Shown: positions 1 to 12,921 of the stretch, in pieces
Position numbering within the stretch: position 1 is the stretch's first letter
Layout: each line of letters opens with the position of its first letter
Source of the DNA: Octopus vulgaris
Lineage: Eukaryota
Direction of reading: 5' to 3'
Assembly (NCBI GenBank): GCA_951406725.2
Contig: OX597820.1
Location: 94,178,001 to 94,242,000 of the forward strand
DNA: 64,000 nucleotides
Notes under the pieces: generated by a model
What the model was told of the DNA's origin: nothing
Seen by the model: the letters and a program-made list of their open reading frames with translations, nothing else
Databases searched by the model: none
Position numbers and translations under genes: made by a program

Positions 1-769
1 ATATATATAAACATACACACACGCACGTACTATTTCTGTTTTGCTGCTAGAACTATCAACGTTCCAACATGCAACTAATAAATGCATGTTGCAAGCAAGC
101 ACAACCGGAAGCAGTAAGGTAACTTGTTATTTCAATACCGGAAGTTGACTGCATTCCATTAAATAGCAAGTTGCAATGTAATTATCATTTTCAAATTACT
201 TGGCTTTGAAATAGTTAATTGTTTATTCGGAAATACACATTTCAGAGTTCAAATCCTTACCGTTATCTACCGAAATAATAGCAATAGATTTTTTAAAAGC
301 TTTTTTATTTACCATCAAGTACTGAGGTCGGAATAATGCCCTAAGATACCCTGATATGCTACTAACTTTTATAAATATAATCTAAGGCTTTAGAAAATCC
401 ATATTAATGTTTGAGCGTCTTGAAAAATATATCATTCATAATATTTTTATGCAAAGATGGGATTCGTGAAAGGAAATCAGCAAAAGTTTTCAGAATCATT
501 TTCCTAAATTTTTACCAGTTTCTAATATTCCATGCGAAGTGTACCGGTAATTTATACGTGATCTCCAGCGTGCCACGAATTTAAACAGATTGAGAAACAA
601 TGTTCAACACGAAAATAGTAGTTACTGGTCCCCAGGTGCTTCTGAGAGTTATAGTTTCAATTATATATTCTGAGGAGCAGCAGCTGTCACTTTCTGACCG
701 AGTTTACCTTCCTCGCCTGTGGCGTAGCAACCACCAGGATTCACAGAAGCGTGGAAGTTTCTAAGCAGT

Positions 770-1230
770 CACTCGACCTGCTAAAAATAACATTCAAGTC
801 TCCCTCCACCTGCAACCCAGTCTTAAGAATAACAAAAAGCTTACTGGAGTATCTACTCATTAAAAAAAAAATGAAATGGTCCCAGCTGGAACGTTTTTGG
901 TCATAGACCGGGACGATTAGCGATGATCAGTGCTGATGAACAAAGCACATAGAGAAACAAGGTGATCAGTGAAGTGTGTACAATAAACACAGGCTGAAAC
1001 ACTTTACAACAGGAAATTAATTATTACATATCGCCGACTATCTCGATCGACCTGCTAGAAATAGCAGCCAAAGCTCTCTCAAACGACATCCTGCTGTCTT
1101 AAAAAGACACGTAGGATAACGTGGGCCTGGGTACCTTACACACAGAAAAAAGATGGAATGACTACGACTGGAATACTTTTGATTATAATTCTACTGGATC
1201 GAGTTAAACTGGTGGTAAATAGCAAGAACA
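770..1230 (+). mobile_element. Two tandem degenerate copies of a dispersed SINE-like repeat (family D; core cgacctgctagaaatagcagccaaa)
   Basis: The same motif recurs at ~14770, ~15505 and ~27310, and on the minus strand at 26140-26430 and ~26660. Confidence 0.55.
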
Positions 1231-2548
1231 AGCACTACATGTTCGAATGCGCAGTATCAAACTCAACTAGACGAAGATCTGGCAAATCTGGAATTATGTA
1301 TCACGTCGTTTGGCGAACTATTTCCGGCATACAAGTCAAACTTTCCAGACCAAAATTTGCAGCCAGAAAAAGTAGGTCTACTTATACACCAAAGCAACTT
1401 TGGAAAACCATAAATTCGGTTAAATGCAGCAAGATTTGGAATGACAGTAAAGATGTTTGAATGTTTACAGTCTGTACTATATCGAATTGTATGAAGGAAA
1501 TAGCGACAAATAGCCATTGCTTAGTCCAACGTCGGTTTTGCTTCAGCAGAATAATATTAGATGCGATGGAAATATGACTGTTCAGTTTTTTCTTCTTTTT
1601 GTTTAATGTCCTCTGTCTAAGACTATTATATATGGCATTCACCCGTTTTAAACTATGATAGCGTGTACTTTGAGGGAAAGTTGTCTTTTATTTGTATGAG
1701 ACATTATATAAGTCCCCGTCATTTGCTCAATACGAAAATAGCTTTCTCTTCGGCTAATAAATGGCTATATAAATCATAAGGGAAATAAATAGCTATATAA
1801 ACGATAAAGCAAATAAATGGATATTTATATATAAAGCAGAAGGCAAATAGGCAGACAGTGACAGTCCTGGTCCAGAACATCAAACTATTTATATAGCAAA
1901 TTGTAGGCTAAAACAAACTTTTCAAATAGTCATTATCGAATATCTTATCCTTTAGCATATATATATATATATATATATGACAATACTCGAACGTTGATAA
2001 TGGCTTTCCCAATAAATAATGAAAAGGCTACACTGACATCCACACACATGTGTATCTGTTCAATAATGTGCGAATGGGCAAGCAATGCCGTGTATGTGTG
2101 AGATGTAGAGAGAAAGAGAATGCATGCGAGGTTGCAGTTTAGCGATTTAAAATAACAACTATTGATTTCTCCTTTCACTCGAATAAAATACTTCGCTAAT
2201 GTAGTCGGAGAAAATTATATCTCACAACTTCAGCTCATAAACGTTATGGCCGACGAAAATTGCTAATTTATTTCTTGATCAACAAAATTGTTTAAAGGAA
2301 TTCTTCTCAAATTTACGGAATAAGATGAAAACTCTAAAATTATTCTTAAGATGTTTAGTGGCTATAAAACAATTCAACATCTTTTGTCTATTTTAATAAC
2401 GCACACACACACACACACATATATATATACGTATACATATACGACGGGCTTCTTCCAGTTTCCGTCTACCAATATATATATATATAAAATCAAAATAAGC
2501 AACAAGGATATCCAGAGGTAATGCAGTACGATCGTTTCATGCGACTCC

Positions 2549-2595
<47 letters not shown>

Positions 2596-3363
2596 AAGAC
2601 AGACAGACATAAATACATATATATATATATATACCTACATGATATATATACATATATGTATATATATATATCGTAATGTATGAATTGTAAAATATATAAA
2701 AATACATTTTTAATGAGGCGAACATTATCTGATATAGAACTCAGTATGTTGATTAGAGTGGCTATCTATAATTATTATGTGAAACGTTGACAGTCTACTT
2801 TGAGCTTCGCCTCCGGCTATTTGGGAACAGGCCAAAGGTGAAGTTCAGAGAAGATTGTCAGCTTTTTATATAATATAATACGCAATAGTATCCACATAGT
2901 TTTTTTTTTTCCATCAAAATTCCACCTCAAAAATTATTGGTTAAACCTAGTACGTGATCTTAAACGTTTGCCCAAGACACCATAAAAAGTGATCAAATTC
3001 GGAGTATGGTTATCAAACGAATTTCTTAGCCACGCATGAACAAATAGGCCTGCACCCTGATTAAGCAAACTTAATTGATGTATTTTGAAAGTTTTCCTTG
3101 TAAAACACACAAATTAATAATTTTTACTGACGGATCAAACAGAAAATTTTATGTAATATTATTTTAAAATTCAATTTCTATTTTTAAATTTCTGAATAAT
3201 GATTATTTTCAGCTACTAAAAGATCATGTTGCATCCCACCTTCCTACGATTTGACTCTACGTTACTTACCCGCAACTAATACAATGGTTTAGTAGAGACT
3301 TAGTATCAAATTCTGACCTCATGAGTCACGAGGTTTATTTCCATTGTGATATTAACCAATTTA

Positions 3364-4060
3364 AAGGCGGTGAACTGGTGGAATCGTTAGCACGCCGGAC
3401 AAAATGCTTAACAACATTTAGTCCGTCTTTACGTTCTGAGTTCAAATTCTGCTGAGGTCGACTTTGCTTTTCATCCTCTCACTATAAGTACCAGTTGAAC
3501 ACTGGGGTCGATGTAATCGACTTACCCCCTCCCCGAAATTGCTGGCCTTGTGCCAAAATTTGAAATCGAAAGCGGCGAGCTGATAACATCGTTATCAAGC
3601 TGGACAGTGGGCATATCTTCCGATTTTACATTCCAAGATCAACTTTTCATTTCATCCTTCATCCTTTCAAGGTCAATAAAGTAAAGCACCATTTGAGCAT
3701 TGGGGTTGATAAAATCAACTATCTACCTCCCACACAATTTCGCGTCTTGTGCTCGAAAGCAGAAAAGATATTAACCAATTTATTTGAGAATTTTCTGAAG
3801 AAATAATTTCTCGTTGGCTGCAGTGCAACGGCCATATTACTTCGGACAGGCAGAATCTAGACAAGACGAGCAAAATATATTTACGTGCTGAGTTCAAATT
3901 CCTCTGAGGTTAACTTAACCTTTCTTCCTTTTGGGAGCGAAATCGATAAAATATAATGCCAGTTAAAGTACAAATAAAGCACCAATAAGTCAGGGTCGGT
4001 TTGTTCTACTCCATGATTCATTCAAATTTTAGGTCTTTTACCAATGTTAAAAATCAATAT
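3364..4060 (+). mobile_element. Head-to-tail cluster of ~3 family-A SINE copies
   Basis: Family motif aaggcggtgaactgg...gttctgagttcaaatt...ggtcgactttgc...cat/cct...agtaccag...ggggtcgatgtaatcgact. The same unit occurs more than 15 times in the window. Confidence 0.85.
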
Positions 4061-4755
4061 TACCCTTGAAATTTCTCATCAGAAAAGATTCAATAACATC
4101 ATGTTATAAAATTAAAAATGGAGTTTCAATATTAAAATAGTAAAGACTGGTGATTCAGCGAGGAAGTGAAAGGCGGATGATTAAATACCAGATTTCCTAA
4201 GTTAAAATATCGTTGGGATCGACTTCATCCGAGCTTCATAAATTATTTCCTGGCAAATACAGGAGCATGGGACAATATGCAATTAAATGTTCACCATTCT
4301 AAAAAAAAAAGAATTAGCCATATTTTTAGTTGAAAGAAATCGATATGAATTTATTTCGTTGAAATCAATTCATTTTCTTTATAGCTCAAATACTCTTGTG
4401 GAAGGCATGACTAACACACATCTTCTTATCCTTCATCTAAAATGTTATGACCTCGTATATAAGAAATTATTGAAGTGAATAGAACAAGAAATGGGAAATA
4501 AACGCCTGGCAATAAAATGAACGATATATCACACAGTATTTATATCCGAATTTATTGAAATGTCTGTCATTGCTATTGCGTTTTGTTTATTACATACATA
4601 CTTTCAAACTATAAATTGTATAATTTATAGCAAGTGTTAAAGTGTTAATTGACTTTAGTACTTCTGTAGTACAATATTTTATCGACCCTGTAAGGATAAA
4701 AGTTAAAGTTGACCTCGACGGCATATGATGCCAGAAGGTAGAGTGGCGTAACTTA

Positions 4756-4889
4756 CAGTATTTACTCGTGTATAAACCGCATCCCTATTTTAATATTAAA
4801 TCTTGTTACAATTTTTTTTTTTCAGTTTTAGCTTTTCCCTGTGTATAAGTCGCATCATGCTAATGCGGCTTATACATGAGTAAATACGA
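4756..4889. mobile_element. Tc1/mariner (Tc2/pogo-like) MITE
   Basis: Terminal inverted repeats (TIRs) cagtatttactcgtgtataaaccgca / tgcggcttatacatgagtaaatacga, flanked by TA. Confidence 0.75.
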
Positions 4890-4897
4890 TAATATTG

Positions 4898-5077
4898 GTT
4901 TCAAATTTTGGCACAAGGCCGGCAGGTTTGGGGGAGAGTTAAGCCGATTGCATCGATCCCAGCACTCAGTTGCTACTTATTTTATCGACCTCGGAGAAAT
5001 TTGAACCCAAAACGTGAAGACGGACGAAATGAAGTTATTTTCCTGGCGTGCTAACGATTCTGCCAGCTCGCCGCCTT
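4898..5077 (-). mobile_element. Family-A SINE with ~19-bp TSD
   Basis: Reverse complement of the family-A unit. Flanks are agtaaatacgataatattg and agtaagtacggtaatattg. Confidence 0.85.
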
Positions 5078-5680
5078 AGTAAGTACGGTAATATTGCATG
5101 GCATATTATACATCATTAAACAGATTCTACCTATCATCACCATTTTGTCCGCAGCTCTAATGGTTCTTCTAATCCATTGTCATCATATGACATGTTGACC
5201 TCACTATGACGAATCTTTTAAAAAAAAAGGAAGAACCAAATACACAGCATGAAACGATGAAGACAAAAAGCGAGAGAGATCGAGGAAAAGAGAGAGAGAA
5301 AGTAACAATGAGAGAAAGACAAGCAGTTCGCGAGACGGAGATAGAGTTAGGAGAATACTCTGTCTTAGTGTATTGTCCGCTATATTAGATCATTCTTTGA
5401 AAGATAAATCATAGTGGTTCGAAAACAGAGGAGAACCCCAAAATTGATTAAAAGAAATATTGATTTGTAATACAAGAACCAAGGTACATATTTTGGGTGG
5501 GTTGAGAATAGACATGAGTATTGTTGATTTTTAAAAATACATCTGTTTCTGACTGGTATTTTATCAACAACCTGAAGGTGAAGTTGGCTTCGACAGGATT
5601 TGAACTCAGAACCTAAAATGACATAACGAAATTCCACAAAGCATTTTGTGTGTTACCTTACCATCTTTTACCAATTCTTG

Positions 5681-5779
5681 ACGATGATGGAAGAAGAAGA
5701 AGAAGAAGAAGAAGAAGACGATGACGAAGAAGAAGACGAAGAAGAAGACGATGACGAAGAAGAAGACGAAGAAGAAGAA
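5681..5779. repeat. Compound (GAA)/(GAC)/(GAT) microsatellite
   Basis: Direct inspection. Confidence 0.9.
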
Positions 5780-6510
5780 ACGGTCTGTTCTTCTGACAAA
5801 ATCTATTTCAAATAAGAAAAAGCCTACAGTATTTTTGATGAAAATAAATTTTATAGACAGTTGTTACGCCAGAAAGTACAGTTACTATTAGATCTTAATT
5901 ACTGATTCGATTGCGTATGTGTAATTATTGGTGCCCTCTGCGTAAGCTACTAAACATTTAGATAGTAGTAACCTTGAAAAGTTTACATTCCCGAGCAGAG
6001 AAATGAGACACTAATTCCATGTTGTGCTAATTCAGTGATTTATTACATGGACACAGACTGAGACATTCTTGGAGAGAGGATCTACTGATTAACTTAACCT
6101 GCCCTGAACGCTTCCAACAGAGTAAATTCCGCGAAAAACTTCCAAGGTTCCCGAAGCGGTTGTTTAAAACCGAGTGATAGGTTTATCACGCAAGCAAAAA
6201 GCAGGAAGAAATACAAGGCGTATAAGTTCGCCCAAACAACAGCCCGAGATTGGTACTTTTCTTATCGACACTGGAAGAGTGAAAGGGAATGTTAGCTTCG
6301 ACATAATTTGAACAGAGCGCAGATAATCTATAAAAAAAAACTCAACAAATATTGCGATGTTTTCTACCTACCGCTCTAAAGTCTCTGCCAATTCGCCCTT
6401 TATGAATCTGGATCAGTATTTCTTTATTTTTTTCCGTGTGTTCTCCTATCATTTCACCAGTTCACCATCCAATTATTACTCCACAAAATATAATCTTGTA
6501 CACAATTATG

Positions 6511-6563
6511 TAACTCTGCCAGGGCCGGTCCCAAGCCCGGCTGCAAAAAGAGGATGATTAGGC
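6511..6563 (+). ncRNA. Twister ribozyme-like motif, probably inactive in situ
   Basis: T|AA-CTC-TGCC-AGG-GCCGGTCCCAAGCCCGG-ctgcaaaaa-GAG-GATGA aligns to the eukaryotic P1-type twister pattern UAA-CAC-UGCC-AAU-GCCGGUCCCAAGCCCGG-AUAAAA-GUG-GAGGG (recalled). P2 covaries (CTC/GAG versus CAC/GUG). Confidence 0.7.
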
Positions 6564-6808
6564 GTCAGGCCAACGACCCAACCTCGTAAAAAAAACCTCA
6601 GTGCTACAGAAACAGCAGAAACAAACCAACATGTTCAAACTGACCGCGGAGGAGGCGACCACCTTACTATGACGGTGTTGGATCAAAGCGGTCAGGATAT
6701 CCAACACCCGTCATGGAATGAAGCTGATATCGCTGCGGCCAACCGACCTCGTTGGAGAAGCCTTGCCGCCAAATGCGCCACACGGCGCAGAAGAACCTAA
6801 GACTAAGA
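6511..6808 (+). mobile_element. Non-autonomous bipartite RTE-clade element (5' UTR fused to the ORF C-terminus and a short repeat tail)
   Basis: The 5' part has RTE-type UTR motifs (ggtcccaagcccgg...cccaacctcgtaaaaa). The 3' part translates SWNEADIAAANRPRWRSLAAKCATRRRRT* followed by ctaagactaaga. Probable TSD acacaattatg / atacaactatg. Confidence 0.75.
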
Positions 6809-6937
6809 TACAACTATGCATTACATAATATTTACAGCCCACCTTATATTAATTTATCATAAGCAACCTTTAATTCAGCATTAAAGGAAATATATCTAAC
6901 AAAAACCATGTCAATAATATTAAATAATTATTTAATC

Positions 6938-7191
6938 CAAAGGTTATCAACCGGGATCCATAAGACCCTTAAAAGGTCCATAGGGCCATTAAAGGTCCAT
7001 ATAAGAATGTTAAAATGTATGTGCAATAAATCGGTTAAACTTCTATAATACTTAAAATATTTCAACAATTTTTTATACAATTCCTAATAAAATTTAATTA
7101 TAAAAATACATGATTTTTTAAACATCGAATAGCTAAGTAGAGTAAAATAAGAATCAAAGGGGTCCACAAGCAAAAAATGGTTGAAAACCAC
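6938..7191. mobile_element. hAT (Charlie-like) MITE
   Basis: Ends caaaggttatcaac / ggttgaaaaccac; 8-bp TSD-like atttaatc / atttaacc. Confidence 0.65.
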
Positions 7192-7610
7192 ATTTAACCT
7201 AAAAACTAGTTTCTCAGATTTTCGGGTTAAAACCTGCGAATCCAAGGAATGAAAAGTTGAACTCGACGTATGTAGGATTCGAACTTAAAATGTAGAATGA
7301 TGAAATTAAATATCGCAATGCGATTTTGGATTGTTTTTTCCAGTAGTGTTAGCGTACCCTGTGTGAAAAATATCGTGTAAAATAATTGGATAACATAGAA
7401 CAAACTATCATTAGTTATTAATTTAATTTCAAGCTCAAATCCTGTCGTCGTCGACTTTGCCTTCCAGCCTTTCGGGGTCGATAAATTATGTACCAGTACT
7501 GGAGTCAATCTAATCGACTGGACCCCTCTCCGAAAATTTCTGGCCTTGTGCCTAGAGTAGAAAAGAATATAAAGTACCGGTCAAATACTGAAGTCATTAT
7601 AATCGATTCC

Positions 7611-8008
7611 AACAGTTTTCAGCAATATTTGTAGCTAAAAATAAATTTCGTGCTACACTGTCAATTGGAGAATAATATACCGGTGAACCACTCTGAAACT
7701 ATACTCAGAATTAAGTTGCTTATTATACTTTCGTTACTTATAATACTGAAGTGGGTGTAATTGATTATAATACTGAAGTGGATGTAATTGATTGTACCCT
7801 TCTCCAAAATTTCTGGCCTTTTGCCAATCTAAGAAATCAGTTTCATTTAATTTAACGTTACATTAGTAAAATGATGGATATACTTGGGTCATTTTAGTAG
7901 GTAACTTAACTCTGAGTAAAGTTTCAGAGTGGCTCACATACGTATTATTCTCAATTGAAACTTTTGCACGAAATTTGTTTTTAAGTATAAAACTTTCCGA
8001 AAACCGTT
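7611..8008. repeat. ~115-bp imperfect inverted repeat (foldback/MITE-like) around a SINE-tail spacer
   Basis: 7611-7725 matches the reverse complement of ~7897-8008 (aaatttcgtgc...gagaataata...ccactctgaaact.tactcaga.ttaagtt). Confidence 0.7.
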
Positions 8009-11000
8009 AATCACAACGACAAGTGTTTGGGAAACAACAAAAGCCCTCCACACACCGTGTAAACACTCGAGTTACGTTTTGATGGTTGGGATTACTTCAA
8101 AATTGAAGTATTTTCAAAAACCTCGCGTACCACAATATTGAAAAATACTACAGTTTGTTTCTATTTTACAAATTTATCCAAAGCCCCAGTGAAAGTAGAT
8201 GAGTTATAAGGATGTACGAGTAAACTCTATTTAGTCTTCTCGTTAATAAATATAGGAGAGTACCAAAAAATTTCACTGACATTTAGTGGAAAGAAGCTGG
8301 GGTGGAGGCTGGTATTTGTTTGAGGACCGCTGTCGTAAGGTGTTTTATGCTAAGTACTTATCGATTCTGTCAATTCTTCGTCTCCTGCTATCTCAATTAT
8401 GAAACCGGGACAGCGAAAATACGCAAATAATTCCTTTTTCTCTTCAGAAGATCAACATATCAATTAATTTGTAATTTAAACATCCATGAGAAAGTATTGT
8501 GTCTCAGAGTGGAATGTTACAAAATTATGATTGTGTAAGCATCAGCTCTATCTTCGCTCGGCATCAGCTGTCATCGTTATTGACAACGAAGATGAGGGTG
8601 ATGGAAGTGGTTAATGAGGAGTGATGATAATTTGAAAATATAGGTTAAAAATAATTGTAAAAAAAAAAAATAAACCAAAATGATTGATTGGAAAAAATTT
8701 TATTGCTTAATAAGTTTATTAAAATAGATTAATGTCTGGAGAAGCGCGACTTCTACTACTGCTACTACTACTAATTTCACCACCACTATTACTTAGAGGT
8801 ACCTGTAATAAGATTAGGTATGGCAAGGGCACCTGAATTAAGATATGTTAACAAGACAAAAAAAAATAATAAAATACAACAGTTTCAACCCGGAGAACTT
8901 TTGTGTACATTCTGTTCATAACGTATTTCGACACTTAATTTTTTTTGTTTTTTTGACAGTGCTACATAATGTTGTCCTAGAATTACTTAAACATTGTAAG
9001 CAAGACTATTTTCAACAAAATTGAACGAAACAAGCAAATTGGCATTACAGTGTCAATAGAATAAAATGTCAATCAAGAACTGTGGATGATATAATCGACT
9101 AGCTGTTTCCCACCGATTTCAGATCTTGTGCTAATGCTAGAAGTAATTATATCGATATATGATATGCAAATTGAGAAAATTTAAACAAAAAAGATCTAAT
9201 TAGACTGTCTCTTTCCGAAAAGATCGTCGTTTCAAAAGTGATGCGCTTATAAAGAATCACGGTTTCAAAACTCCAAGATATCATCATAATGAAAATGAAT
9301 TTAACAATTAATGCCATGAAGATTATATAGTGAGAAAGAAAAGAATTGGCTTGTACTGTTTTTAGATACAATATTTTTATTTTCAAGAGAAATTCTAATC
9401 TTTTTGAGTAAAACCTGCTCCCTGGGGGCATATCTGTCATAGTGCGTATGTCTTTGTCTGAATGGCAATTGCGTGGAAGCTGTCATGTGGGTCGTATATG
9501 TAATTATTTAAAAGTACTATCTTGTCACACTCTGTATCACGCTGATTCTGCTGAGAATTATGTATGTAACTCTCGGCAAAGAATTAGCCGCTAATTCAAC
9601 GGGTAGGGGATTCAGCCTACAATTTTGTGTTACTTTGTCTGGAGAAATAACCTGAAATTGTTTTGTAATGTTATTCAGGAACAATAAGTTCTGTAAGGCT
9701 ATAGGCCAGAGACAATGAAAAGAGCTGCCATGAAAGTTATAAGTTCATAACGCTATTTTCTTTGAAACCAGCACCTGTACTATACACATACATACAGTCA
9801 ATCAGGCATAGTTAGGGTGATCATACTTAATGTAATCAAGGGACAAACTATAGTTACTTAATGATATTTATGGTATTAGTTCAACGGCTAATATTATCCT
9901 AAGTATGAATGAGAACGAACACACTCATCTTATTTTTACCTCGTCAGTGAAATGTAGCCTTCTCTATATTTGCTAAAATATTCAGACATATAAAGAGTGA
10001 ACAGAGAGGAGGCAAATTACAATGGTTTAATGAATTATCATATTTAAGGTGGTTTTAAACTTGGATTATATGGAGCAAACTTGATTTTATTTGCTCGTTA
10101 ATAAAGAGCGGGGAGAGAGCAAAATTTTCGCACGTATTTAGTGAGAGACTTGGTATTTGCAGGTTTAAAAACTAATGGATTAACATACACAGTTCGATGT
10201 CAGATATTATCTTAAAAACTATAAAATGTGTGCTAGCATATATACGTAGCGAACAAAGAAAGTTTAATTGATTAAAATCACATATGTAATGATGAGAATA
10301 ATCATAATCTTATCTTTAAAATTCTAATTAAGAAACAAAGGGGGGGGGGACAACCCCGAAATTTAAATTAAGATAATTCAAATATAGATCACTGTAGGAG
10401 GAGAGTCTGATGTGTGGTAATGTAAAAGCAACTCCGGACATGTTTTGGTCTTACTAGGGCTCATCAGCCAAACAGTTTAACTGTATTGTTAGATCTTAAA
10501 GCTACTATAGAGAAGCATATAGGGTTTTAGTGAATGAACGCTGAACGGTGCCATAAATAGTTAGAGGCGTCCGCTGCATGAAACACAGACAGTGAAGTAA
10601 GCGCTAACATATTTAATGTAGTGAATCGAGAAACTTTAACTGTTAGGTGTGTGTGTGTGTGTGTGTGTGTTCACTCACTAGATCATTAGAAAGACAGAAC
10701 CAGCTGTGACTATCACGTGTCACTTGTTTACTTTCAGCAACAATAAAAGCTAAGATGTCTAACATCGAAAGGTTACTGGACAATAAGTAAACTGTGTGTG
10801 TTTATGTGTGCGCACGTGTGTCTGTCTGTCTGTCTGATCGTGTTTGATGGAGGATTGATTAATCTAGAGCAGACATTAAATTACTATTGGAGCTAAAAGG
10901 AAACAACTGTATGAGCAAACGAGCAACAGTTAATTATCTTAGCACGAGATGGATTCACTGGATAACGTGTTTATAGATGTCCACCGCGTTATGAGTTAAA

Positions 11001-11124
11001 AGAAAAGAAAACTTGAAGGTTGCCTGGCCGGCCGGCCAGCCAAGCCTGATTGTATTTAACCACAGGTATGCGGCAATCATGACTAGAAACAATCACCACC
11101 AACAACACAACAATTATTATGTTG

Positions 11125-11307
11125 TGTGGGTTGCTTCCTAACCTCAAGGCTCCGGGTTCAGTCCCACTGCATGGCACCTCTGGCAAGTGTCTTCTACTGT
11201 AGCCTCGGGCCGACGAAAAGCCTTGTGAATGGATTCAGTAGACATAAACTTAAAGAAGCCTGTCGTGTGTGTGTGTGTGTGTGTGTGTGTGCATGTGTGC
11301 GTATGTG

Positions 11308-11340
<33 letters not shown>

Positions 11341-11585
11341 ATTTGTCCACACTCACCGTTTGACAACTAGAGTTGCTGTGTTTACAGTCCGTAACTCAGC
11401 AGTTCGGCAAGAAGAGGTGGATAGGATAAATATCAAGTTTGAAAAGGTAAAAAAAAAAAATAAAAAAAAAAAATAAAAAAAAACAGAGGAAATATTGGGA
11501 TCAATTTTTTTTACTAAAATTCTTCAGGGCAGTGCCCCAGCATGACCGCAGTCTAATGACTGGAACAATGAAAACGTAAAAGATA
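11125..11585 (+). mobile_element. Family-B tRNA-derived SINE with internal (TG)n
   Basis: B-box-like gggttcagtccc, body ggcaagtgtcttctact...aagaagcc, tail cagcatgaccgcagtc...tgactggaac. Confidence 0.85.
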
Positions 11586-12022
11586 ATTATTATAAGAACA
11601 ATCGCTATTTTAACATCAATAACACCAACTACAAAAAGTACGATAAATTAGGAGCTTAATCATCGTTACAGACAGTCATCGTTACAGCAGTCATCTGCTG
11701 AAGTTATTCACTTTGTGAAGCGTAAACCTTCTTATGATGCCTATTTATTAGTAAATGCAGTGAGATACCAAGAAGAATTAGTAAGGTTCCTTTTACCATT
11801 CACACAACACAACTGAAATACTTCGATTAGACAGAGACAGACTGACAGAGAGACAGTCTGACACAGAGAGACAGACTGACACAGAGAGATAGACTGACAC
11901 AGAGAGACGGATGGACGGACAGATAGACGGACAGGCAGGCAGACGAATAGACAGTGCCATCTGCGACGTGACAACTGTTACGATTTCAGTAACAATAGAG
12001 CGTGCAATATTTTAGGTGTCAT

Positions 12023-12226
12023 AAGGCGGCGAGTTGGCAGAAACGTTAGCACGCCGGGCGAAATGCTTAGCTGTATTTCATCTGAGTTCAAATTCCGCCG
12101 ATGTCGACTTTGCCTTTCGTCCTTTCGGGGTCGATAAATTAAGTGCCAGTTGCGTACTGGGGTCGATTTAATCGACTGGCCCCCCCTCTCCACAAAATTT
12201 CGGGCTTTGTGCTTGGAGTAGAAAAG
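12023..12226 (+). mobile_element. Family-A SINE, near full length, with TSD
   Basis: Close to the family consensus. Flanks aatattttaggtgtcat / aatattttagttatcat. Confidence 0.9.
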
Positions 12227-12522
12227 AATATTTTAGTTATCATACACGCAAAGACACATATATAGACACACATATACGAACACGTACAAACACAATTACA
12301 TACATATGTACATACATTCAGATACGTATATTCAAATATACAGATACACTCAGACAGAATCACACAAACATTCGAATACATATATACAAGCACACTTATT
12401 GCAGCACACACGCATATACACACAATAAAATGTACGCACGCACGCATTCGACATACAAACACACACACACACATACTCTCATATACACCAAGCACACAAA
12501 CATGCACAATACACGAGTGTTT

Positions 12523-12553
<31 letters not shown>

Positions 12554-12921
12554 GTCAGAATCTAAACAAGGCTAAATAAGAGAACATTTTACCCTGTCAC
12601 AACTTTCTATCACAAAGAAACATGAGATTTCATTGTTTACTGCCAGTGGGACATTCTCTGTTCCGGGTGATTTACGGGTGAATCGATTCGGAGAAGTGGG
12701 AAAACATTGTCACAATTTCTCTCGAGGTCAGCCCCTGATCATCTGGGTGGTTTCTTCATATTTATTTGATTATTTTATTTCATTTTACGTTTTTCTCACG
12801 CAGACTGCAGAAAACTGGGAAGTTACACTTTACACACACAAACACAAAAAGGGTTGGATTTTCACAGTTGGGCACCTTTGATTATAGGTTTGTCAATTAG
12901 AGTTGACCTGGGGCATCTCAG

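Noticed and set aside
100-150. Promoter or first exon from two CCGGAAG motifs and aag|gtaact
   Set aside because: Short motifs expected by chance; no other support.
340-500. Long-range duplication with 61390-61620
   Set aside because: Diverged copies of a dispersed repeat; nothing indicates a single large element.
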